This document shows, one piece after another, positions 1 through 8,339 of a stretch of 64,000 nt of DNA. This DNA comes from a virus. Its lineage: Duplodnaviria > Heunggongvirae > Uroviricota > Caudoviricetes. How positions within the stretch are numbered: the first letter of the stretch is position 1; the number at the start of each line of letters is the position of its first letter. The notes below the pieces were generated by a model, which ran no database searches, was not told the DNA's origin, and was given only the letters and a program-made list of their open reading frames with translations. The DNA is taken from positions 12,534 through 76,533 of the IMG/VR virus record IMGVR_UViG_2695420523_000009; one strand, written 5' to 3'. Made by a program: the position numbers and the translations under genes.

Positions 1-498
1 GGGTGTAACGAATCTGAAATAGATGAATTAACGTTAATAGGCAAAGATAAAAGTGAACTTGAACAAAATTATAAAGCCCAATTCAAGAAGCTAACACAAA
101 ATGTTGAAGTGTTTATTCTTCAAGATAAAAATAGTCCGACTGAAAAAGAACCGCATACGAATGGCAACCTGATCGACGGAAAAGTCGAAATGTCATTAAC
201 CAGTAATGTTGGTAAGTATACATTCATCCAGATAAGTGAAATGCTGACAAAGGAGTACGGAAAACCCGTTGCTACAAAAGATCGTGTTTTTAACAGAGAA
301 GCAGTATCTGGCATGGACTGTATTGAAACTAAAACTTGTGGAGCTGGTAAATATTATGAAATCTTTCGAGGGAAGGATAGATTGATTATGGTGTCAAACG
401 GTGCCGGTCTTTTACACGAAAAGGAAGGTGTAACACTACTCACCATCACCGATAAACAATTTAAATTTTCTCGTTTAGAAGAAGATAAAATAAAATAA
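1..498 (+). CDS. hypothetical protein, 5'-truncated by window edge
   Basis: Frame 1 is open from base 1 (no stop before the ATG at 109) to the stop at 496-498; AT-rich like the adjacent cargo gene; no recognisable motif. Confidence 0.4.
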   Translation, partial: GCNESEIDELTLIGKDKSELEQNYKAQFKKLTQNVEVFILQDKNSPTEKEPHTNGNLIDGKVEMSLTSNVGKYTFIQISEMLTKEYGKPVATKDRVFNREAVSGMDCIETKTCGAGKYYEIFRGKDRLIMVSNGAGLLHEKEGVTLLTITDKQFKFSRLEEDKIK

Positions 499-502
499 TG
501 AC

Positions 503-530
503 AGGGGCGTATACGCCCCTATCTAAAATT
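503..530. terminator. hairpin between convergent genes (possible bidirectional terminator)
   Basis: GGGGCGTATACGCCCC palindrome flanked by A/T runs, between the convergent ORFs ending at 498 and 750. Confidence 0.45.
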
Positions 531-749
531 TGACATTAAACATATATTGCATCTGGTATCAGCAATTTTTGTGCGCTATGTAAGTCCTTACCTGCAATCA
601 GTCTCATAAATATCGGATTTTACGTAGCGTACCATCGTTACAGCAAGCATCAAATTATTCACTGACATTTATGCGCTGAAAACAGCGTTACTTACCGTAA
701 AATAACAATTTTCAGCGCAAAATTTAAAGAGGCTTCGAATCTGCACAAC

Positions 750-2078
750 CTATTGTGCGTACTCGCCCAATTTTAATGTTTCACGCTTATATTCATCAAC
801 TATCTCACATGATTTAATATAGATATGGCACAATAGGTTATCACTATCATCATTATCGTTTATTGCCATAAGTGCCAACTTTTTCTCATATTCATCGATC
901 GCATCACTCAACTGATCACCTGTAATTACATCTGACTCACTCGAGAAATATAACTGCCCAAGATTTACCGCATTTTTTCCAGTTTTTCTTTGCTCTATGT
1001 AATTTTTAATCATATCCTTCACATCCTTTTCACTACTCAGTATTTCACTTTCGAAATGGACATGCTCTGAAATCGACGCGACTCTGCAACCGATCAAACG
1101 ATGAATATAGTCATCAATAGACGTAACACTATCATTAGCTTTTTTTAGTGCTTCATCAAAAATGCTCTTTACCTCATTTGGCAAATTTTTAAAATAATCA
1201 TCAATTAAACCAGATAATGGTGTTTGGTAGTTCATTAATACCGATGAAGCAACTTGCGGACGACGAGCCACCCAGATTTCTTTGACTTCAACTTGAGAAT
1301 AATATTCCTTAATCACGTTCCAAAAGTATTTTAACATCTTGGTTTTAAATATTTTATCAAATCTATCCTTTATAAATAGCTCTACTTCAGGCATGCTTGA
1401 ATAAGCATCATCAAAGAATATTTCATCTTTGAAAAAATCATATTTATTTAATAAAGCATACAGTTTTTTTGAATCCAGCGGTTCACGAGAATCGATGTCC
1501 AATCCAAAAACTGCAATAACCAACTTCATTTGCGGTGGTATTTTTCCACTCAATTGAATAATATATTCCATTTTTTCATCAAAACAATTTCCATCTATGT
1601 AAAATCGGTTATCTACATAGACTAATATATTGGTAATATGTTTTATGTACTGAATAACCTCATGCTTTCTTACCAATGGATAAAAAAACGAATGCATTTC
1701 ATTTTTATTAAATTGTTTTTTTGTCTGTTCAATGATTGGTATGACATTATTGTACAACTCATCATGCTGATTTAATAAAGTGTCAAACCATTCTTTGAAA
1801 GAATTTTTTCTCATCTCAATCAATGAATCGGTAGTTATCCTAACGGCCTCCAGTGCTGCCTTTGCACTTTTTCTTGCTTCATAGGCGTTCCACGCTGTTG
1901 CACAAAAAGCCGCTGTCGTTATAAAACTACTCAATACAGCAATTTGGTCTGTAACCTTCCAATCTTGAAATGGCTCAAGTAGTAAACCTAAAAACAAAAT
2001 TATTATGGAAAACATTAGAATTGCAACAGAAATAAAAACAGGCATGTATGCTCTCGTACTTACCATTGTTAGTTGCAT
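750..2078 (-). CDS. membrane-anchored hypothetical protein (2 predicted N-terminal TM helices); candidate abortive-infection/defence cargo
   Basis: 442 aa ORF, clearly more AT-rich than the phage backbone; hydrophobic N-terminus (PVFISVAILMFSIIILFLGLLL) then a large soluble Lys/Asp/Glu-rich domain; no catalytic motif recognised. Confidence 0.6.
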   Translation of the reverse strand: MQLTMVSTRAYMPVFISVAILMFSIIILFLGLLLEPFQDWKVTDQIAVLSSFITTAAFCATAWNAYEARKSAKAALEAVRITTDSLIEMRKNSFKEWFDTLLNQHDELYNNVIPIIEQTKKQFNKNEMHSFFYPLVRKHEVIQYIKHITNILVYVDNRFYIDGNCFDEKMEYIIQLSGKIPPQMKLVIAVFGLDIDSREPLDSKKLYALLNKYDFFKDEIFFDDAYSSMPEVELFIKDRFDKIFKTKMLKYFWNVIKEYYSQVEVKEIWVARRPQVASSVLMNYQTPLSGLIDDYFKNLPNEVKSIFDEALKKANDSVTSIDDYIHRLIGCRVASISEHVHFESEILSSEKDVKDMIKNYIEQRKTGKNAVNLGQLYFSSESDVITGDQLSDAIDEYEKKLALMAINDNDDSDNLLCHIYIKSCEIVDEYKRETLKLGEYAQ

Positions 2079-2140
2079 TAAATATTAACTAAATTAAGTT
2101 GTGATTAACAGGCAAGTTTACGATGTATTGCAGACATTAA

Positions 2141-2161
2141 ATAGGTTTTTACTTACCTATC
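2141..2161. promoter_or_regulatory. intergenic palindrome (TAGGTA/TACCTA family) upstream of glutaredoxin gene
   Basis: ATAGGTTTTTACTTACCTATC, arms ATAGGT/ACCTAT; member of a recurrent motif family (see findings). Confidence 0.4.
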
Positions 2162-2217
2162 TTTTATAGTAATATTTATTTTCTGGTTAAGTAACACATA
2201 ATTATTATGAGGTAAAC

Positions 2218-2463
2218 ATGACTATCGTTATCTACGGACGAGATAACTGCTCATATTGCAAACGTGCGGTCGAGCTGGCGAAACAACTAAAGGGACACGG
2301 CTATGGTGATTATGAGTACATCGACATCACCACTGCCGGTATCGATAAGGAAAAACTTAGCGAAATTGTTGGCAAACCGGTAGAGACTATCCCCCAGGTA
2401 CTGATCGATGGCCAACCGATTGGCGGATACACAGAACTGGCTGCATACGTCACCACTCTCTAA
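2218..2463 (+). CDS. glutaredoxin (Grx1/NrdH-like redoxin)
   Basis: 81 aa, CSYC active-site motif, GKPVETIPQVLIDGQPIGGYTEL closely resembles E. coli GrxA; RBS GAGG upstream; hairpin terminator follows. Confidence 0.85.
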   Translation: MTIVIYGRDNCSYCKRAVELAKQLKGHGYGDYEYIDITTAGIDKEKLSEIVGKPVETIPQVLIDGQPIGGYTELAAYVTTL

Positions 2464-2468
2464 TTTTA

Positions 2469-2493
2469 ACGGCTCACAGGAGCCGTTTTTGTT
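2469..2493 (+). terminator. rho-independent terminator
   Basis: ACGGCTCACAGGAGCCGT hairpin followed by TTTTGTT. Confidence 0.7.
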
Positions 2494-2542
2494 CCCACCA
2501 AACTCACGCTTGGTTCCCTTAAAATTCAAAAAACAACGGCTA

Positions 2543-2575
2543 AATGATTCCATACCTACTATGTATGGAATCATT
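2543..2575. repeat. perfect 13-7-13 inverted repeat (AATGATTCCATAC-ctactat-GTATGGAATCATT); candidate recombinase core site
   Basis: Exact 13-bp inverted arms with 7-bp spacer, about 100 bp upstream of the tyrosine recombinase gene; lox/dif-like architecture. Confidence 0.5.
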
Positions 2576-2673
2576 ACTGAAAATGAGTTACTTTTACTCT
2601 TGATCCTATAAGAATCTATGCCTAATATACTGTTTACTTATACAGTGAATCGGCGTAACTCGGTGATTGTCAT

Positions 2674-3777
2674 ATGAAAAATAGCTTTGACAGAGCACGC
2701 GCTGCGGAGAACACCTCAAAAGAGGCGATTGAGTATCTCGAAAGAGCATCTCAAATGCAGGCCGTTATGATCTCGCAGGTTAGCAATGATATGAGATTCT
2801 CGGACGCATTCATGTTATTTACTCGCTTATCTCTGCTGATAACCAGACGTCGGCCAGAGATCGCTGTTCATTGTATTTTGATACATGTTTTGCCGCACAT
2901 TGCCGATGTAAAAGTAAGTGACATTAATAGGTTCATGGTGAACCAACTGGTCAACCCACTAATACTGGATGGCAAAATTGTTATGGGCCGCCGCGTTTTC
3001 TCTCTGATGAAGCAGTTCCTTAGCTGGTGCGCCTTCCAGGGGATGATAGACGTGTCACCGTTAAACGATATGTCACTAAACAAAGTTGCCGGTGGCGCAA
3101 AGCCCACACCTCGCGAGCGGAAGCTGACCGACGCAGAGGTATGGGTGTTCTGGAATATATGGGACTACTTCAATGTGTGCGCTGGTACAAAATGGGCGGC
3201 CAGGCTGTGTCTTGTATCCGCAAGACGACCTGACGAAGTACTGCGGGCTAAAAAAAGTGAGTTCAATCTTAAGCGTGGGGTTTGGAATCAAGGCAAGAGG
3301 AACAAATCTGCCCGTGAGCATTCGCTGCCTTTAAGCACATTAATGCGCACATGTATTGAAGAGTTGTTCGAATACGGTAAAGGCAGCCAGTGGCTCGTGC
3401 CTTCGAATAAAAAAATCGGGAAAGATCTTCCTATGTCTAAAGTGGCAATAGCCCAGGCATTACGTCGTATCCTGGAACGACCAGAACTGATGGAGCTTGA
3501 GCCATTTACACCCCGAGACTTGCGCCGTACTGCGCGTAGTTACTTCCCAGCATTAGGCATAAGCCAGGAGGTATCACGCAAAATCATGAACCACAGTCTT
3601 GAGGGGATAGATCGAGTCTACGACCGGCACGATTATATGGACGAGATGCGAGACGCCTTAGAAAGTTTCTCGACGTACATCGCATCAATCGTAGAGCAAC
3701 CGGATTTAGACGAAATTGACCACAAATTCAAGGGAGATCGTCTATCAACAGAGCTTATTCGTGTAAATTTTTCATAG
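2674..3777 (+). CDS. tyrosine recombinase (phage-integrase family, core-binding + catalytic domains, no arm-binding domain)
   Basis: Catalytic signature ARRPDE ... RDLRRTARS ... NHSLEGIDRVYDRHDY (R-H-R-Y); 367 aa, lacking the N-terminal arm-type DNA-binding domain of P4-like integrases. Confidence 0.85.
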   Translation: MKNSFDRARAAENTSKEAIEYLERASQMQAVMISQVSNDMRFSDAFMLFTRLSLLITRRRPEIAVHCILIHVLPHIADVKVSDINRFMVNQLVNPLILDGKIVMGRRVFSLMKQFLSWCAFQGMIDVSPLNDMSLNKVAGGAKPTPRERKLTDAEVWVFWNIWDYFNVCAGTKWAARLCLVSARRPDEVLRAKKSEFNLKRGVWNQGKRNKSAREHSLPLSTLMRTCIEELFEYGKGSQWLVPSNKKIGKDLPMSKVAIAQALRRILERPELMELEPFTPRDLRRTARSYFPALGISQEVSRKIMNHSLEGIDRVYDRHDYMDEMRDALESFSTYIASIVEQPDLDEIDHKFKGDRLSTELIRVNFS

Positions 3778-4158
3778 AGACTTTATGGCCTCAACAACCT
3801 TTTGTGATGCGCCTTTCTCTTTACCGAATCGCTCGTTATATGCAGCAAGAACCTGTTTTTCGTCCTCGTTAAGAGGAGCGGTGCCTTCTTTGTATAAAAA
3901 TGCTGCGAGTTCAGGTTGGCGTTCTTCCAGCACCATCATCATAAGACGACTTGGCTCAATACCCAGCGCCAGCGCCAACGGACGAACCTTATCGATAGGC
4001 AAAGGAATTTTGCCACTTTTAATTAAAGAAAGGTTGTTGGCATTTTTATAACCAATAAGTCTGGCTATTTGGGCCTGACTCATAGGTGAGGATTCAATCA
4101 GCCCTGCGATAAAAGCAGCATAGCGACTTTCTATAAATTCAATCTTGTTGTCAGACAT
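3772..4158 (-). CDS. XRE-family helix-turn-helix transcriptional regulator
   Basis: SQAQIARLIGYKNANNLSLIKSGK HTH_XRE-like motif; 128 aa; convergent with the recombinase gene. Confidence 0.8.
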   Translation of the reverse strand: MSDNKIEFIESRYAAFIAGLIESSPMSQAQIARLIGYKNANNLSLIKSGKIPLPIDKVRPLALALGIEPSRLMMMVLEERQPELAAFLYKEGTAPLNEDEKQVLAAYNERFGKEKGASQKVVEAIKSL

Positions 4159-4189
4159 TGTTACAACCTTTGCGCGTTCAATTCTCTCT

Positions 4190-4203
4190 GGTAAGTGCTT
4201 ACC
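4190..4203. promoter_or_regulatory. palindrome GGTAAGtgCTTACC in promoter region of the XRE regulator (candidate auto-operator)
   Basis: 6-bp inverted arms with 2-bp spacer, about 35 bp upstream of the regulator start codon; GGTAAG/CTTACC half-sites recur nearby (about 4310 and 4375). Confidence 0.4.
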
Positions 4204-4408
4204 GATATTACATCAAAGGTTAGGGTTGTAAAGCTATTATCATTTTTTCGATAGGCACTTAAAAGACCGGTTAAAGGCCATTGCACGGAGAAAAATTAGC
4301 CCAAAACAGGTAAGAAAATTAACTTGCATATGATATGAATGTATTCAGTATTGATATAAATTTTAGTAGTATTCCTTACCATAGTATAAGTTAGAATGGA
4401 TTGATTGA

Positions 4409-4621
4409 ATGAACACCACTATTTCCAGCCTAATCGCTCTTGAGATCGGACACGTACAGAAATTAGCTGATGAGTGTGTAGCTGACATCCTCACCGATCT
4501 ACCGAATGAGCAGATTCAGGTTGGTGTGAATGACACAACTGGCTTTATATTCGAACTTAACAACAAACGCTTCACGCTTCTCAATATCGGCTCCGGGTCT
4601 TTAGCCGTCAGAATCTGTTAA
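4409..4621 (+). CDS. hypothetical small protein
   Basis: 70 aa ORF divergent from the XRE regulator; weak RBS; no motif. Confidence 0.3.
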   Translation: MNTTISSLIALEIGHVQKLADECVADILTDLPNEQIQVGVNDTTGFIFELNNKRFTLLNIGSGSLAVRIC

Positions 4622-4687
4622 CCCCTCTTCTCCCTGCGCGAATGGCTTAGTTCCCTGTTCGCGCAGTGCTACATTAAACACACTAGT

Positions 4688-4702
4688 AAATAATTTGTTT
4701 TC
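4688..4702. promoter_or_regulatory. AACAA-N-TTGTT-type motif (half-site variant) upstream of CobT-like gene
   Basis: AAATAATTTGTTTTC, 18 bp upstream of the ATG at 4720. Confidence 0.35.
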
Positions 4703-4719
4703 ATAACAAAGGATTAGCC

Positions 4720-6828
4720 ATGTCTAAAAAACGTTCCATCAAAGAGGTTCAGGACTTCCGTGACAGTGTAAAACGAGTAGTCGCTCTCCTTTCAGGTAAA
4801 AACATCCCTGTTGCAGAACGAGGGGACGACGCTTATGTACGCTATAACGATGATGGAGAGCCAATTCTCGTAAACATCCCATCAATCCCGGATAACGCAA
4901 CACCGGCATTGATGAATGCTGTGCGCGGATTTCTCGATCATGAGGTTGCTCACATTTTGTTTACCGATATTCGTGTGTCCAACAAAATGAGAGAAAAAGG
5001 ACGCGTTCCTTCCTGGTCGCTATGGAATGCCTTAGAAGACGTGTTCATCGAGCGAAAAATGGGTCAGGTCTTTAACGGAACAAGACGTAATCTGATGGCA
5101 ACTCAGCGCCTTATAATCGAAAAAGTCTTTAAACCAAAGGCTTCAGAGGCTATTGCTTATTGTGGCAAAGATCAGCGCGCGCTTTTTCTAAACTTCTTTC
5201 TCTGTCCGGTTGTAAGAGCCTGGGATGGCCAAGCACCGTTCGTAGATTTCATGGATGAACATTGGCCTGTCATTGAGAAACCAATTTCATTATTAAAAGA
5301 ACATGGTATCGATGTGGCCGTGCGTAACATGTCTTGCACCGAGGATTGTGTAAAGGTGGCTGCGACCATAGCTAAGATCCTCAAAGACACTGAAAGTGAA
5401 AGCAAAGGTAAGGAGTCAGCTCCGGGAAAAACTTCCGATCCTTCAGACGCTGACCAGACGGATGCCTCTGGAGAAAACAATGAAGACAACGAAGATCATG
5501 AGACTCCCTCAGTGTTAGATAATTACAAATCTATCAAATCAGAATCACATAGTAAGTACAAACATGATAATAACGACAGTGATGATTCAGATAATTCTGA
5601 ATCATCAGAAACAATATTCGATGATACAGAAAATGATAAAGAGGTATCAGATTCTGATGCTTCTGATAACGCGGCGTCAGAATCATTAACCGCTGACCAC
5701 GAAAAAAGAAAAACGACAGAAGACGGCTCTTCAGATATCCCAACTCCGTCAAAAATGAGTCTGGAAGAGGCTTTAGAGGAGTTGGATAGCATGGAAGATG
5801 AAGTCGGAGGCATGACAGAAGATGCGCTATCCGAAACGATTAAAAGCGAGTTAACAGAAAGCTCGAAAAGCGAATACAGGCCATACAATCGCTCATACGA
5901 CTTCATCGGCTCGATTGATCAGGCAGAAGCCCATATCAAACGGCTTATTAAAACATTCTCCGATATTGATTTGGGAGGATATCCAATCAGCCGCTATCGC
6001 ATCGTTCCTGAAGGCAACCAGCTCTTCGACAAATATATTGAAAAGCATCTTTCGTCAGGTGTTTCGTCGACGCTGGCAAAAGACCTGGAGCGAGCAATAG
6101 CAAGCAGAAACAGAGTTCAGTTTATACCGGGCCAGCGTCGGGGGCGCATTCATGGTTCTAGTATCTACAGATTAGCAATGAATGATGCTCGCGTGTTTCG
6201 TAAAAAAGAAGAATCTAAAGCCGTTAACGCCTGTGTTCAACAAGTGATTGATTTATCAGGTTCAATGAGTGGTATAACGATTAAACTGGCTCTTGCAAGT
6301 GCATATACCATCGCCGATGCCCTTGATCGAATAAATGTTCCCAACATTATCACCGGCTTCACTACATTTGGTAGTCATATGGCGGCAGGAGAACTTAAGG
6401 CTGTCAAGTATGAGTTCTCTCGCTTTGAATCTTTAATGCTACCTATCATCAAAAATTGGAATGAAAAGGTAAATTCTCGCGAAGTTCGCTCACGTATGGG
6501 GTGTGTAGGCTACACATTCCCACTTCTTAATAACGTGGATGGTGAAAGCATAGCCAGCCTTGCATCGTTATTTTCCGGTCGCATGGAGGACAGGAAGATC
6601 ATGCTTGTTCTGAGTGATGGCGCGCCGTGGGCTGTTGGGAGAGGTTTTGACGCTCATTTGCGTTCAGTTGCGAAGCAAATTGAAACGCAGACTGATATTG
6701 ATTTGATGGCAATTGGCATCATGACTGACGCACCGGAGAGATTTTACTCAAATCATGCCCTGGTAACGAGCGTTGATAGTCTTGGTTCATCTGTAGTTAC
6801 TGAACTATCTCGTATCATTTTAAAGTGA
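4720..6828 (+). CDS. cobT: CobT-like von Willebrand factor A domain protein
   Basis: 702 aa; long acidic Asp/Glu/Ser linker in the middle; C-terminal vWA with MIDAS motif (VIDLSGSMSG); paired with a downstream CobS-like ATPase. Confidence 0.75.
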   Translation: MSKKRSIKEVQDFRDSVKRVVALLSGKNIPVAERGDDAYVRYNDDGEPILVNIPSIPDNATPALMNAVRGFLDHEVAHILFTDIRVSNKMREKGRVPSWSLWNALEDVFIERKMGQVFNGTRRNLMATQRLIIEKVFKPKASEAIAYCGKDQRALFLNFFLCPVVRAWDGQAPFVDFMDEHWPVIEKPISLLKEHGIDVAVRNMSCTEDCVKVAATIAKILKDTESESKGKESAPGKTSDPSDADQTDASGENNEDNEDHETPSVLDNYKSIKSESHSKYKHDNNDSDDSDNSESSETIFDDTENDKEVSDSDASDNAASESLTADHEKRKTTEDGSSDIPTPSKMSLEEALEELDSMEDEVGGMTEDALSETIKSELTESSKSEYRPYNRSYDFIGSIDQAEAHIKRLIKTFSDIDLGGYPISRYRIVPEGNQLFDKYIEKHLSSGVSSTLAKDLERAIASRNRVQFIPGQRRGRIHGSSIYRLAMNDARVFRKKEESKAVNACVQQVIDLSGSMSGITIKLALASAYTIADALDRINVPNIITGFTTFGSHMAAGELKAVKYEFSRFESLMLPIIKNWNEKVNSREVRSRMGCVGYTFPLLNNVDGESIASLASLFSGRMEDRKIMLVLSDGAPWAVGRGFDAHLRSVAKQIETQTDIDLMAIGIMTDAPERFYSNHALVTSVDSLGSSVVTELSRIILK

Positions 6829-6923
6829 ACAAAACAGCCTTAACGATAAGTAACCACTTACGATATATAATGATATATTTATATAAGAAGTTGAACGCTC
6901 ATTAGAGAACAAAGGAAAAACGC

Positions 6924-8159
6924 ATGACGACTACTGCACTGCAAAATGAAAAAAATCCTTCTGATTACCTTGTTTGCAAGTGGTGCGGCAAATCATTTCA
7001 CTATTTTAAGTCCCATGTAGCCAATGGTAATTGCGAGGGCATTCCTGAGTCAGTAAAAGATGCCGATCCTGACACCGTACTGAAAATGTACACAACGCAG
7101 TTTCCAGATGAACCAACGCTATCGAAAAAGGCACTTGATGCAATTCAAGCTAAACGTGCCGAGCAAAAAAGCGAAATGGCCAAATCTTCTGGCTTGACCA
7201 GTAGCCCTGGCTACACAGGCACAGTTGAGTACAAGACAGATCTGGTCGCAGCTCACGAACTGCTAAACGTAACGGTGGAAGAACTCGGAACAAAACGTGG
7301 GACGCCGCTCATGGTTAGCGTCAACGTCAATACGCCGTATCCAGAGTTCGTTCCCGAAGTGAAGAAAGGCTACGTATATGGCGACTTCGAACTGATCAAA
7401 GATATTTTCATGATGCTTGAACTTGGCATACCTGGCTATTTGTGGGGTCATGCAGGAACAGGCAAATCGTCATTGCCTACACAGCTATGTGCTTTGCTCA
7501 ATCGTCCGTTGATCCGTGCCCAACATACAGCATCAATGGAAGAGGCACATGTTACGGGGCAAATTCTGGCGCGTGATGGCTCTACGTATTTCGAACCTGG
7601 CTTGCTTGCGCTCGCAATGAAGCATGGCTGGGTTTACCTCGCGGATGAATACGACTTTGCGTTTCCACAAATTCTTGGCGTGTATCAGCCAGTGCTGGAA
7701 GGTGAAGCGTTGGTCATCAAAGAGGCAACTCCAGAATGGCGTCGCATTACTCCGCATGAACGGTTTGCTTTCATTGGCACTGGCAACACGAACGGATCTG
7801 GTGATGAAACCGGCTTGTACCAGGGTACAAACATCCAGAACGCCGCGAACTTTTCGCGTTTTGGCATCGTTTCGAATGTGAAATACATGAGCAAAGACGC
7901 AGAGATCAACATGTTGACAAATGCAGGCATCGTGGATGAATACGCTGAAAAGATGGTTAAGTTTGCCGGTATCGTTCGCGATGGATACGAAGAACACCTC
8001 ATTAGTCAGCCAATTGGCCCTCGTGAACTTTTGTTGTCGGCCAAGATTGGAATGATGCGAGGCGACTTTGTGACAGGTATTGAGCGTTCTTTCATTAACA
8101 AACTCCCTTCAGCTTCTGCACAAGCGGCTCGTGAAGTTGTTCAAAAAATATTTGGTTAA
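6924..8159 (+). CDS. cobS: CobS-like AAA+ ATPase (MoxR family)
   Basis: Walker A GHAGTGKSS, Walker B VYLADEYD, N-terminal Cys-rich stretch (CKWCGKSFHYFKSH); RBS AAAGGAAAAACGCATG. Confidence 0.8.
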   Translation: MTTTALQNEKNPSDYLVCKWCGKSFHYFKSHVANGNCEGIPESVKDADPDTVLKMYTTQFPDEPTLSKKALDAIQAKRAEQKSEMAKSSGLTSSPGYTGTVEYKTDLVAAHELLNVTVEELGTKRGTPLMVSVNVNTPYPEFVPEVKKGYVYGDFELIKDIFMMLELGIPGYLWGHAGTGKSSLPTQLCALLNRPLIRAQHTASMEEAHVTGQILARDGSTYFEPGLLALAMKHGWVYLADEYDFAFPQILGVYQPVLEGEALVIKEATPEWRRITPHERFAFIGTGNTNGSGDETGLYQGTNIQNAANFSRFGIVSNVKYMSKDAEINMLTNAGIVDEYAEKMVKFAGIVRDGYEEHLISQPIGPRELLLSAKIGMMRGDFVTGIERSFINKLPSASAQAAREVVQKIFG

Positions 8160-8339
8160 TCGTGCGTAAAGGATGTTTCGGCTCTCTTATCGCTGCTTCT
8201 GAAACTGGTAAGGCTTGTCTGGTGTGTCCAGACAAGCCCGATTGTCACCAATCAGCAAAAGAAGTTGCGATTTCGATGCATGGGAAGTTCGTAGGCTTCC
8301 CCAATGACAAAATCAAAAAAACCAGAAATGTAAAAACAC

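Noticed and set aside
2287-2611. ORFs 2287..2574 (-) and 2408..2611 (+)
   Set aside because: Both overlap the glutaredoxin terminator and the 13-7-13 inverted repeat; no RBS; no resemblance to an integrase arm-binding domain.
2674-3777. P4-type integrase marking a chromosomally integrated island with a tRNA att site
   Set aside because: No arm-binding domain and no tRNA-like sequence nearby; a plasmid replicon is present, so a resolution or inversion recombinase is the better fit.
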